Source of the DNA: Octopus vulgaris
Lineage: Eukaryota
DNA length: 64,000 nucleotides
NCBI GenBank assembly: GCA_951406725.2
Contig: OX597826.1
Span: 82,274,001 to 82,338,000, forward strand
Reading direction: 5' to 3'
The first letter of the stretch is position 1. Each line of letters opens with the position of its first letter. The notes under the pieces are model-generated. The model searched no databases, had not been told where the DNA came from, and saw only the letters and a list, made by a program, of their open reading frames with translations. The translations under genes were made by a program, and so were the position numbers. Of the stretch, positions 28,675-41,783 are shown piece by piece.

Positions 28675-28850
28675 TACTTGTTTCAGTTATTAGACTGCGG
28701 CCAAGCTGGAGCACCGTCTCCAAAGAATCAACCCAGCAACTTATTTTTAAGCTTGGTACTTATTCTCTCGGTCTCTTAGACGTTGAACCGCTGAGTTAAG
28801 GGGTCGTAAACACACCAACATTAATTGCCAGTCGGTTGAGGTGAACAAAC
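28675..28850 (-). mobile_element. SINE family 2-related fragment
   Basis: Reverse complement ends gacggtgctccagcttggccgcagtctaataactgaaacaagtaaaa. Confidence 0.6.
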
Positions 28851-29121
28851 ACACAAATGCATTTTTAGATCTATACATACATGCCTATATATATATATAT
28901 TATAATAATAATAACTGATTTGTCCGTCGTGTTATTCCTAACTCGACGAGCATATAACAACATGACCGCCCAAGCTCAAGATATTTAGCAGGTATAGAAG
29001 AAAGATGGGAAGAAACGATCGTTGTACTAAATAAAGCCTAATACCAAATCCATCTTCTGGTTATTTTATTATTATTATTATTATAATTATTATTGTTGTT
29101 GTTGTTGTTATTGTTATTATT

Positions 29122-29210
<89 letters not shown>

Positions 29211-29821
29211 CTCAACTAACACTGCGGAATTCCTGAAGTAGATCCAACGGAAATATACCCCAACTGGGGATGACACCAGGTGGCCCAAACCGTGCCAGTG
29301 GTCTACTCAACGCTTTAACATACTAATCGACTTATACCCATTATATTACATATGCCCATACATACATACATACGTATTTACATACGTATTTACATACGTA
29401 CATACGAGTCCAACAGCTATTTTGGTCAACACCTCAAATGTAAAATTCTTCCCTGAAGACGGCGTCTGGTGTTATCCTATGGTGGAATAAGGTTACAATC
29501 ATTATTTTGGATCACCAAGTCCCCCGCCCACACACACAAAGCTGTTGCACTCGTAAAACTCCAACTCAACTCCTTTAATTCCTGATATTTATATTCTGTG
29601 TAAGTCGAACTTTTTAATATGTATGCTTATGTACATTTTTCGTATAAAATGTATTTAATATCTTTTGTATATCGACTTACCTAACTTGCTTGTCCTTCCA
29701 TTTACTCCTTTACCTGCTCAAGTTTAAATTTCTTGCGCTTAGAGACATTAATAAATCTTCGGGTAGCAAAACAAACATTAGAAAAATTCTTTGCTACCAG
29801 TATGTATGTGTACACATACAT

Positions 29822-29866
<45 letters not shown>

Positions 29867-30074
29867 GTGAAATAGAAAGATGAATAATCTTGTAGCAGAT
29901 TAATCAAAAGTTTAACCGATACCTTGGTAGCAAAAATCACAGCAGAAGACAGCACGGTTGGAGGTACAACCAAATGGTGTTGCAACCGTGCGTTGGTGCG
30001 GATAATTGAAATTAAAATATTATTGGTGAATTGAAGAAATGGAGCTGAACGAAGATTGAACAGAAATCGTTTTA

Positions 30075-30163
30075 TTTCATTCTACACGTGTTTCGAAAGG
30101 CACAATTTACCAAAATCCGATTGAATAATGAGACCATATTGTGTCTTTCTCTTCAGGAAGAAA
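30075..30163 (-). ncRNA. Type-I hammerhead ribozyme motif with a long stem II
   Basis: Minus strand reads ttc CTGAAGA gaaagacacaat-(loop)-attgtgcctttc GAAA cacgtg TA gaa. The core is intact, stem II has 12 bp with one mismatch, and stem III is the palindrome ACACGTGT. Confidence 0.8.
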
Positions 30164-30540
30164 TAGGAAATCCGTTGGAAAAAACAAAAACAGAACAGAG
30201 GCGGAGCAAAACAAATCGAACTAGGCTCCTAAGAGCCCATGGCAAAACTGTTTATCAGTGTATGTTGAGAACCGGTGGCTGAAGATTTTAACGGGTCAGG
30301 CAGCGGTCATTCATGTGGGTGAGGGTGTGTAGATGTTCTTTGTGACCGAGAATAAAGTTCTGACTATTTAAGGAATATTGGATGTTTTATAAGGGGCGAG
30401 AAAAATCTACTTAGAGACATTAATAAATCTTCGGGTAGCAAAACAAACATTAGAAAAATTCTTTGCTACCAGTGGTCTAGCGAGAAGGAAAAAAATTAGT
30501 CAAAAGACTATATATTATTCATAGAAAAATACAGTGTACA

Positions 30541-30790
30541 TTTAAACACATAAGAGATGGCCATAATAGGGCATCTCACTCACTAGAAAAGGGCAGTTAA
30601 AAACTCCAAGCCACTAATTTTGCAATTCTGAAAGGGAATGAAAAATAAAAGCATTTACCTTATCTTTCCTGGGTAATTGTTTTTATTTTTCATTCCCTTT
30701 CAGAATTGCAACTATTAGTGGCTTGGAGTTTTTAACTGCACTTTCTAGTGAGTCAGATCCCCTATTATGGTCATTTCTTATGTGTTTAAA
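30541..30790. repeat. Long imperfect hairpin / foldback (arms ~119 bp, loop ~12 bp)
   Basis: tttaaacacataag...gcagttaaaaactccaagccactaa...gcaattctgaaagggaatgaaaaataaaa is mirrored at 30672-30790. Confidence 0.9.
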
Positions 30791-31253
30791 GATGTATTTT
30801 TTGTGTGTATATATATATTTCCTTTCTCTTTTTTTCTCAATCCTCCTTATTTCCTTCCCTTAACAAAAAGGAATGACCCCAACTGGAATCTCATTGCCAA
30901 ACACGAACACTTAGATTCAGACAACAACGAGATTTTGAAATCGCTTTGAGCAACACTGACAATATAATTATCTCTTGCTACTTGGCATTCACCTTCATGC
31001 AGCATAAACTGGATATATGTGTATGTGTATACTCAATTTACCTACCATTATACATACATACATACATACATACATACATACCTACATACATGTGATACAG
31101 TCATATATGTATATGCACATGAAAAAATGAAAGACCGGGCTTTTAAACTATCTGTGATGTTGATTATACATTGATGTAAGAATAAGTTGTTTTATAAAGC
31201 TCGAAACATGTGTACTGTGACATCCTTTGTGTTCTGTTTTTTATTTCATTTGA

Positions 31254-31322
<69 letters not shown>

Positions 31323-31329
31323 ACATATA

Positions 31330-31500
31330 CGACGGTCTTCGAATACGACGGTCTTCTTTCAGCTTCCGTCACCAATTCAGCTCGCAAGATGTTGGCAGCC
31401 ACGGTGCTACAGTAAATGACTCCTGCCCAAATTGCCACGCAGCAGGACTGAACGCGGAACGATGTGGCTGGGAAGCAAACGCCTAACCGCACGACCACGC
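31330..31500 (-). mobile_element. tRNA-derived SINE (diverged, probably family 2 head)
   Basis: Reverse complement gtggtcgtgcggttaggcgtttgcttcccagccacatcgttccgcgttcagtcc has A-box- and B-box-like elements. Confidence 0.55.
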
Positions 31501-32160
31501 TTGTGACGAAGCACTGAAATATAATGGTGGATACTTTTATAATTAGAAAATTATCCATTTCATTTAATATAAACAAATCAACCCTATTGATATGCTGCAT
31601 GATTTCAGCGTGTTGATTATTTATATTCGCTGTCTCAGTCAAGTAATTATAGGGATGAGCTGAGAGAAGTGCAGCACACGATTTTCCCAAAGAACGTGTG
31701 TAATTTGGAAAAAAAGGATAAAGGAAAAAAATAACGGAAACAAAAGAAGCGCCGAAAAATCTTTCATTGCCAAACACGAACACTTAGATTCAGACAACAA
31801 CGAGATTTTGAAATCGCTTTGAGCAACACTGACAATATAATTATCTCTTGCTACTTGGCATTCACCTTCATGCAGCATAAACATACATACATACATACAT
31901 ACATACATACATACATACATACATACATACATACATACATACATACATACATACATAGACAGTCATATATGTATATGCACATGAAAAAATGAAAGACCGT
32001 GTGCGTAAATCCGTGTATTTGTTCATTTGCATATATATGTGCCAATGTGTGTGTGTATGAGTGTATGTGTGTGGTGGGGTGAGGTCTAACCCATCACGTT
32101 TCAGATAATTTATATATATGAATATACAACAAATAAGACATTTTGAAATAGGTGTCACAA

Positions 32161-32232
<72 letters not shown>

Positions 32233-33145
32233 ACACACACAGATATATGTGACGGAATGGAGAAGGTAAAGTTCAGACTACACATGTTTCCTAGTTAGAA
32301 GATCCACGGAAGTAATAATTACTCAACGACAGCTAATCATCGGGCCGAATATACCTTAGTTATCTGACGGTTACATTGTCATCAAGGAATCCCAAGTTAA
32401 CTCGCCAGAGATATAATCTAAACATGATATATATTTAAATTAATCTCCGGCGACTTAACATGGGATATTTCTTAACTACGATATAACATTTAGTTAAGGT
32501 ATCTTCGACCTGACGTGTGGGTAGTGCAGTACATTTCGTTGAGTAATTATTTCCGAGGATCAGCTGTCTAGGAATCGTTTGTACCTTGGATTTTACCTGC
32601 TCCATTCTCCCAATTTGGATTTTTATTCGCATTCATAACAGCCCTCGTTGCTAACCGTGAACTGTAATGGATCTGCCTACAAGATGACACAAGATTCTGG
32701 AACGAAACGGGGATCAGATCACCGGTTGAAGAGATCATTTCGTGTTCAAAACCTGTAGCTTATTATCGCTTAAAAAACCGAGCGAACTTTTAGCGAACCC
32801 AATACATACATACATACATACATACATACATACATACATACATACATACATACATACATACATACATACATACATACGTACGTACGTACGTACATACATA
32901 CATACATACATACATACATACATACATACATACATACATACATACATACATACATACATACATACATGCATACATGCATACATACATACATACATACATC
33001 CATATATATATATATATGTGTGTGTCTGTATGTGTATGTGTGTTTATATATACAAATATATATATACAAAAATACACACTAACCGCTCTCTCACTCTAAC
33101 ACACACACACACGCAACACATGCACACTCGCACATACACACACAC

Positions 33146-33194
<49 letters not shown>

Positions 33195-33568
33195 AATGTG
33201 TTTCAGTGTGTGCGTGCGTGTATACTTGCATATATAAAAGAAGGGCGGACTCGAATTCATTGGACAATAAAATCTCGATCGTCTTTTTCCCATCTTTCGG
33301 CTGCTTCGCTGCGAAACAGTGGAATCTTGCAAAACTTGGATTCAAACCAACATCAGAATAATTGAATATGACTTAAGTAGACATTGCGCATGCAGGTAGC
33401 CGAGTGTCTGTTTGTTTTATGGCAATTACAAGGGAATTATAGTAGCTGTAATGTAGTAATATACGGACACATAGACAGATCTGCTCCACTGGGCCTGGCA
33501 GCAGACAACAGATATATTGTATTCCCGCCGCAATCCCATGGCACTACATACACATAGATGTGTATGTA

Positions 33569-33609
<41 letters not shown>

Positions 33610-33638
33610 GTGTGTATATATATATGTGTGTGTGTGTG

Positions 33639-33683
<45 letters not shown>

Positions 33684-34654
33684 GTGTACTCTGTTTCTGC
33701 ATATGCATACACGCGCATACGTAACATACATATGCGTATGTATGTGTTTCTCTGTGTGTCCGTGTATGTATTCGTTTCTTTCTGTTGCTTTACTAGTGCT
33801 TCCTTTGAACAAATGGCCATTGATTTCTCTGAGACATGTTTTTGAATTGCAGCAAGAGAAAAGTCCAATGTCGGAGACGAGCTGGCATAAAATATTGGTG
33901 CTCAGATACAGTCTTATAAACATTGAATGAAATTCCTATGAAATATATTTTCAATGAGAGGTCAAAGACTGAAAAATGATGTGTGATAATGTGTATCGAA
34001 GATGATTTCAATGATTGTATTTATGAATGGCTAAGGATTGGCCAAAATGGAAGCCGGGTTGGTTGAATGAATGGACGGTTGCGCAAAAGATGTCTCACAT
34101 TACGTAGTTAAGTCTGCTTAGATTCTGAGTTGAAATCGAACCGATCTCAACTGCTCAGGTTGTGAACCCATCATCTTTTGAGTTATATTTAACCGACTAA
34201 TGTTTGTCACAAGGTATATAACCCTGTGCTAATGATATAACTTCGGCATTATTATTACAATCGGTTATGCATTGTCAAATTGTGCACTAAAACTGTCAAA
34301 TTAGTAGCGTCGGTCGAAATGTATACGTTGCTGTACAATCTGAAATGAATTTCATTTCTTCTTTCCGTTGTTGATCTTGTTCCCCAGGCCTGATCGAGAT
34401 CTAATTGGACAGATTTGGGTTTAGAGACATTCCAGCCGTGAATATTTTCTCCCAATGTTTCATAATAATTGGTTCAAGTGAGAGAGTGGAAGTCAGTTAC
34501 ATAGACCTCAGTACTCCAGTAGTTGACTGGTACTTTATTCTCTTTAGGACAAAAGGCAAAAGGAAGAATTTGAATCCAGAACATGATGAGCTGCAAGAGA
34601 TAGCACTAACGATTTCACGAGGTCACCCCTTAACACTTTTTTCGGAATAATCCT

Positions 34655-34860
34655 TTCTACTATAGGCACATGACCTGTCAATTTCTGACAAGTGAGCTAA
34701 TCGATTACATCGACCCCTCTGATCATTTGGTACTTATTTCATTGACACCGAAAGTATGAAAGGCAATGTCTACTTCGGATGAACTTGAACTCAGAACATA
34801 GATGAAGTGCTGCTAAGCATTTTCTTCGGCATGCTAACCATTCTGACATCTCGCCACCTT
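34655..34860 (-). mobile_element. tRNA-derived SINE, family 1, type-B tail (diverged)
   Basis: Reverse complement ggtggcgagatgtcagaatggttagcatgccg...ctgagttcaagttc...gtgcctatagtagaaagg. Confidence 0.7.
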
Positions 34861-35149
34861 ATCAGGTTTTTCGTAATAACAGATATAACTTTAAGATAAC
34901 ATAAAAAGGACCCAGTTTAGTGCTGCCAGAATCTTTAAATTGCTAAACGAGATGACTTCTTGTATTAATCTTAGTTGATTTGCGTTCTCAACTCCAGTTG
35001 CATGTTTCCAGAGGTGAATTATTCAAACCCCAAAGAACCGATCTCAACACATGATCCCTGGCTTACCACCTATGCAGGAAGTGCAAAAGATTGTCTTAAC
35101 TGGTAACTAGTCACACGTCCTGAGAAGAGGCTGGAAGGTAATCTCTGCT

Positions 35150-36460
35150 GGCATAAAATTATCAAAAGACATCATTGGATGATTGTGGGATAATGAGGGG
35201 TACAACTATCTAGGAGTGCAGCAAGAGGATAATGGAAGCAGAAATGAGAGAGAAAGTTACCAAAGAGGACAAAAGGAGAATTGGAAACCAGATGAAATGG
35301 TGGGGACATGATTAAAACCATAAATACTGTGCTTGTATTGGGTTACTCTGCTTCCCTTTTGAAATGGACGAAAGTCGACCAACAGAACTTCAACTGCAGA
35401 ACAGGAAAGCCATTGAGAATGCTGAATGTACTCCTCTCTAAAAGCGAGCGATTCTACCTACCAAGAATGGAAAGTAGCAGAGAATGGCTGAATGCAGAAA
35501 ACACTGTTAATAGGGTGATATTAGGTGTGAAGAATAATGTTGTGCAGAGTGAAGAAAGAATGCTATCGGCAGCGAAGGCTGTCCAAAAATGATCGAAACA
35601 GTAAGGGAATTGGAAGAGGAAAGGTAAAAACAAGAGAACAAACAAATAGAATGAAATGGTACCACGTGATTAATTCATGAAACAAACCGGGAATGCTGGA
35701 AGTAAAGACTGCGGGATCTGGCTGACGGTGAGGAGGGAGGGATTTGAAACGAGGGGTAGAAACGCTAATTATAGCCATTCAGGAGCAAACCCTTAAAGCA
35801 AATCTGATAAAGGTAGGATCGACAAAACTCAGACAGTAAATGTAGACTCTACAAGAAAGAAAAAATATATCAATGACGCTCTGAATGCTTGCAGTATACT
35901 AACTGGAAAAGAGTATAAGCGCAGACATGAGTGCGCAGGCGAAAGAGTGCATTAGAATGTTAGCCGAGTGTGTACCTTTAAAACAACAGAAAAGTGGTAA
36001 GAGTATGAACCAGAAGCTGTGATAAGAATTAGAAGATCAAGCTGGATTTTTTCCATAAAGATTGACCATAAAGATTGAAGGAAGAAGGTCGGACATGATC
36101 ATGTAGAGCAAAATATAGAAACAGTGTAAAATCATAGATTTTTCAATTCCACAGATAGCAGAGTCGATATCAAATAAATAGGGAAAAAATCAGAAATATC
36201 AAAATCTGAGGAAACTGCAGAGTAACCAAGGCAACAATTATTCCTGCAGTAAGGGATGCATTTGGCACAACATCCCAAAACTCTGTCTAAAAGACTGAAA
36301 GAAATTGGAACTGAAACTCGAATTGGCGACGACCTGCAGAACCCAAAAATCATTCTATATTCTGCAAGAATCTTGGAGAAGGTTCTCGAGATTTGAGGAA
36401 ATCTGTTTTCACCAAATATCACAGTAAAATACTTACAAACTAAATTAGCAGGCAGTAGCG
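35150..36460 (+). mobile_element. R4/Dong-like non-LTR retrotransposon, 3' part (RT thumb, CCHC region, restriction-like endonuclease), decayed
   Basis: IKTINT-VLVLGYSASLLKWT...ERFYLPRME, ETLIIAIQEQTL, CRL...C...YKRRH and CKIIDFSIP motifs are characteristic of RLE-clade R4/Dong elements. The element ends in (TAC)n. Confidence 0.8.
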
Positions 36461-36505
<45 letters not shown>

Positions 36506-36533
36506 CGCTGCTTCTTCTTCTTCTTCTTCTTTT

Positions 36534-36580
<47 letters not shown>

Positions 36581-36595
36581 TCTTCTTCTTCTTTT

Positions 36596-36663
<68 letters not shown>
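36461..36663. repeat. Compound (TAC)n/(TTC)n microsatellite between the 3' ends of two LINEs
   Basis: Directly visible. Confidence 0.95.
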
Positions 36664-36664
<1 letters not shown>

Positions 36665-36799
36665 TATTACCCACAAAGGGTTTACATTAAAAATAAAAAC
36701 GTTACGGAAAACACAGGATAAATACAAAGTCGGGTTACACGAAGGTCGTGTGAACAATGAATAATTACAATCGAATGTAACAACAAAATTTCGCATACG

Positions 36800-39357
36800 A
36801 TGGAGACCTAGGAGGGCTTGTGGAATCCCCAGAAATCCACGACAGTCTTGACTTTGTCTACAAGCGCATGCTTAGAGCAGGCCCATTCACTCGAGTCATT
36901 CTTGAGACATTCACCCTCCTTTTAACAAAATTGTTGGAGGTTGGGCAGAAATTCCTTTCTCCATCCTCACTTTCTATTTCAAGTGAAGCTTGAAAAAGTT
37001 GATGAGGACTTAGCTAGAGAGGAAAGTATTAGTCTTCAGCCCTTCCAGTCTGATTCACCACACAACCTCTTTCGCTAAGCCTACCAGGCAAAGAATAACA
37101 ACCTGCCTTTCCCAGTCAAAGGAGGGCAGCGGGGCTATCCTCACAATGGACTCAGCTTATAGCCGGATCCGTCCTACTCGCAAAAACAGGTGTTTGATAT
37201 AGACCCACAAGTCAAAAGTACTGTCACTAGTCAACAGCATGCTCTGCGCGCATCTCGGGCAAGCCCGGCTTACTGTACGTCCGTGCCTGTAGAGCTAATC
37301 CCTAACAAGCAGTGCCATCGATAGCACTGCCAGGCCAAAGATTTCTGGAAATTATCTAAGTGCTCGGGCTGAAGGTTCTCCAGAACAGACCTGTCGTCGA
37401 TGCCCAGAGTCTTCCCGAGAACGTCAGCATACTTACCCGCCACTAACCCTCTATAGAAAGGCAGAGTGGAGCTTCCACTGACCGCATTGCCCGACTGGCA
37501 GAGGAGTGTGAGGGCCTAACGATACTCTAGGTGGAAGGCGCCCTACCTCGGTCTATACTTGATCTTCGACTGCAGCATAGTCAAAGAGACGAGTCGTGGG
37601 AAATCATGTTTGACAAACGGCAACTACACCTGTTCACCGTCTAGAAAGCACTGGAAATGATGTCGCAACTTCAGCCTGTGTCTGCGCATAAATACAGCAT
37701 GCTCAGCCCTCCATTTAGCGGCTGTTGGCAGCAAATGAACCGCCTGTCGCGAATGGATCTGCTTGATATGGTGCACGTTTGCGCTATTCCAATTAGTTCC
37801 TCGATGACAAGCGCCAACCTCATCGCTAGTGCCTTGGCTAAAATTTTGAGGTCTGCATTCAGCAGTGTTATGGGCTGAACATTTTCTATTTCATCCCCCT
37901 TATTTGGGTCCTTTCTAAGCGGTGCCACCGCTTCTCAGCTCACAGAACTAGGAATTCTCTCGTTTTGCTGCCAGTTGCAATAGATATTTGATAAGAGACC
38001 CCTAAACAAGTCTGGCATATAACAGTAAAGCTCGTATGACTGACCTTCCAAACCAGGTTATTTACCCCCATGCAGCCCATTATCGCATCCCGTATTTACG
38101 TGGCTGTTATCGGCATTTTGCAACGCCTTTCCCAAATTGCCGAGAATCGTAGCATGCCGTCGAGGTAGGCACTAAAATCTCTCATGCGTTCCGAACCGCC
38201 ATTTGCCCTAAACTTTGGGAGAAGTGCCGCTGAAATGCTGCGAACATCTGCACGAGCTGAAGTACCGTGCGCCCACTTTAGACCACCAAAGACCGAATGT
38301 TTATTATCTTACTACGTTGATCTCTGTCACTGGAGCCCATCGGGCAGCTTTAATTTTCCTCGTTTCTTAGAACACGTGCGTCAGGCATAACAATGCATCC
38401 TTCCTGCTTAGCGTTGAAGAATTGGTCCAGGACCAATCTCACCGCCAGTACGTCGATTGCAATACATCTTCTAAGTACCTAACTAGATTGCCCTCTATTT
38501 TATTTTTCTTTATCGCTAGAGCCTTGCTAAACCTATTCTAATTGCTCTTTTCAGGGGGTACCACCATGTTGTCGAGGATTGACCCCGTTAACAACAGCTT
38601 AACTAATTCGCTAATCCGGTCCCTCTAAGCTTAGTGCGCTGGGAGTTACGCAATAAGTTTCCAGTAACAGAGCCCCTGCCTTCGTACTCTATCTAAAGCG
38701 ACCGTACAGATGTAACCGACGATTTTAAAAAGTGGACAACTTATAATATCCTTATCTACTGGCCTACAGAATATTCTATCTAGATATGACCTGGATGACA
38801 CGATGCGGGCAGCCCAGGACCACAGCGGTACATTCGAAAAATCTAGCTGGTACCCGTGAGACAGTTGAAAACGCCTGAGCAGGTTTGCGAGGCTTTTGCA
38901 CCCCGCTCTTCTATGCACTAGCCCCACAGTGTCCAGACGTAGTCTAAGATAGTGTTCCAATCGCCCATGCACTAAAGGAAATGACATTCCTGGGAAAACC
39001 TCCAGGCTTCTGAAAAAATCCGGCTACACTGCTCCAGTCTGAAAGTATCTCCGTCACTACTGTTCACATGCAGGACCACTAACTTAGCTTCTGGGTCCAG
39101 CAAAATAGTCCTTATCTTGAGATCCAGGCCTCTCCGGTTCAACGCTGCCGTTCTACTCCTATTCCTGGTTGACATGGAGGTAGATATATCTCGTATCCAC
39201 CGAAAATAGGCATGAAAGTTTGTCGGTCAGAGAGTTCGGTTTCACTGATGCTCACTACATCGACACTTAGTGAACTGAGATCGTTGAGAAGATGGCCTTG
39301 TTTCCAAGGTGACCCTAAGCCACATGCTTTCATACTGCTTACTCTGAGCAGGCTCAT
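36800..39357 (-). pseudogene. LINE ORF2 (APE endonuclease plus partial RT), with many stops and an internal deletion
   Basis: See ORF fragments 39139-39357, 38646-38987 and 37671-37928. Confidence 0.82.
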
Positions 39358-39429
39358 GTTAGATCAAAGTATAGAGAAGGGAAAGGCTACTTAGTGTGAT
39401 TCACAGTTTTTTATATATATATTCGTCTA

Positions 39430-41178
39430 TTTATGGTCTGGCTGGGAAGCCCCTACTCCTTCAGGAGGTTTTGTTTTGATGGTTTTATATGCGTATTGTG
39501 ATGTTTGTATGACTTTAACATATGTTGCTGTGATGGTTGTAGGTGTGATGAAGTCAGTGTGTGTGATGCTTGTATTATTACGTATGTGATCTATTAGTTT
39601 GTTGTTGTTTTTGTCTATAGCAGTGTAGTTCAGAATGTTCAAAATGTTTGAATGAACATTGCTGGTGTTGCGATGAGCGATCTGAAAGTGGTGTGTGTGG
39701 ATTGGGTTGTGCTTGTGATGGTGGGGTTTGTGATAATGGTGGTGGTGATGGTAGTGATGGAGATGATGTTGTTCTCGATGGTGTCTCTCACTTCTGGTCA
39801 TACCTGCCCGGTTTTGTGTTGATATCTTTGTTGGTTTGTTTCTTTATCTTATGTTTGATCCCCGAACCTTTTGCCAGTTTGAGTCTGCCTGCGCCCCCGC
39901 CCTCACCGCAGGACATGTGATTGCTCCGAACACGGGAGGAGCAAATCTTGTGGAGCTTTTCGTGGTTTTTCTGTTGATAATGTTGTTTTGGCGGATTCTG
40001 GTGCTGTTGTATCTGCTGCTGTCAATGTTGCTTGTTTCTCTACCGTTGTTTCCACTGTTTTTCTTGCTGTTGTTGCTGTCGGTGCTTCTGTAATTGAATT
40101 TGCTACTGCTACTGTTGTTCTTGCAGCTGCAGTCGTCTGCTTCTGCTAGTGCTGTTCCTGGTGTTGTTGTTTTGGTGATGGTGTCGGCAAAATTAGGAAG
40201 CTCAATTTTCTTTTTTGTTGTGGGCAAAACGCTTTCAGGTGATTTGTGTCCCCACAAAGATGACATCTTGGCTTTGTGCCCTCAACTACCACATGGTATT
40301 TGTGCCATCCGGTAGGCTTGTGTAGTCCGGGATAACTTCCACGCTTTGCTGGTCATCTTGTATTAGAAGCTGCATCCCCTGTCCTAACCAGTTCTACTTT
40401 TAAATCTTCTGTGTTCGTACGAAGTGTGGTTTTCTCTTCTATGTCGAAGAGAATTACAGCCATTAATCAGCAGATGCTTATCTCTGGTGGAATGTTGAAT
40501 AATCCAACTCTGAGTACTCTTCGACCAAAGTAGATGGACATGAGAATAAGTCCGGCACTTATTAGCTGTTGGGTGATTTTTGGACTCTTCCTGCGGGGCG
40601 AACCTCACGTCCACAGTCCCATATTCCTTCCCTCTGGCTACATAGGTTTTTGCTTTTCCAAACTTGTTTTAAGCATTTTTCTGTTTGCTGCTGTGTAACC
40701 TGCTCCACGTTCCTACTTTTGTCTCCAATTGTTTTATATAGAACTCTCTGCAAACTTATTTCTTGCTAGGCAGTTCCAGGAATGTTTGGTACCACATTTC
40801 TGCCACATTTCTCTAACATGCATTTTACTCCCTTGAATTCATTTTCGTCTCTGAAAATGCCTTCCCTCACTTCTCTGGTCGTGGTCTCTTTCGCAAAGTC
40901 GAAACCGCTTCGACTGGATTTGCTTGTCTCCTTTTCGTTGTTGTCTTTTCCGTTAAACATTTTGGCGGTGGACCTGCTGCTGGCATCGGAGCTGGCAGAG
41001 TTCTCGCTTGTGTCGTTTCTCATTGTCATATTCATTTGTTCTTGCGATGATGAAGGGGGTGGGGGGTGGAAGCAAGGGATAATTGTTTTCATAGGCCTCA
41101 CGTGCGCCATTGTTCTTGTTGTTGCTCTAGCAGTCACTGTCTTTCACGACTCGGCTGTTCTTTCTTCTCGTTCGCCAT
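39430..41178 (-). pseudogene. LINE ORF1 (gag-like, CCHC zinc knuckle), frameshifted
   Basis: WHKYHVVVEGTKPRCHLCGDTNHLKAFCPQQK is C-x2-C-x4-H-x4-C, followed by a T/N/H-rich low-complexity tail. It lies directly upstream of ORF2. Confidence 0.75.
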
Positions 41179-41414
41179 CTTTGTTTTTCTTTTTTTTTTC
41201 ACAAGAAACAAAAGAAAAAAAGCGAGCGTCTTAGCTCGAACAAATACCAAAATCGCCCTTAAAGGCTGCAGAGGGACAAGAACCAACCAGCTCCCCCCAA
41301 CGTTGCGGTTTCTTTAACAAAGCAACGATAACAAATGCACAATGTATAACGATGCGGAACAATATGAACAGCAACATGACTTACGGAGAGATGTGAACAC
41401 ACGCCGAGAGACGA

Positions 41415-41715
41415 ACAGCAACAACAACAATAATAACAATAATACATAGAAGGAGAAGAAGAAGATGAAGAAGAAAAAGTACAAGAACAAAAACAACAAT
41501 AATAACAATAATAATAATAATAACAATAATACACAGAAGAAGAAGAAGAAGAAGAAGAAGAAGAAGAAGAAGAAGAAGAAGAAGAACAACAACAACAACA
41601 ACAACAACAAAAACAACAGCAGCAGCCACTACAGCAATAACAACAGTAACAACAACGATAATGACAACGACATCGATGATGACGACGAAAACGCTGCTGC
41701 TGCTGCTGCTGGTGG

Positions 41716-41783
<68 letters not shown>

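Larger units (their letters stand above)
36662..41410 (-). mobile_element. L1/Tx1-clade LINE, 5'-complete but decayed (5'UTR, ORF1, ORF2, 3' tail)
   Basis: ORF1 starts near 41178 and has a CCHC zinc knuckle CHLCGDTNHLKAFC (40224-40265). ORF2 starts at 39357 with the APE start LRVSSMKACGL...DVVSISET. RT domains 1-2a read KDPNKGDEIENVQPITLLNADLKILAKALAMRL. Confidence 0.88.
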
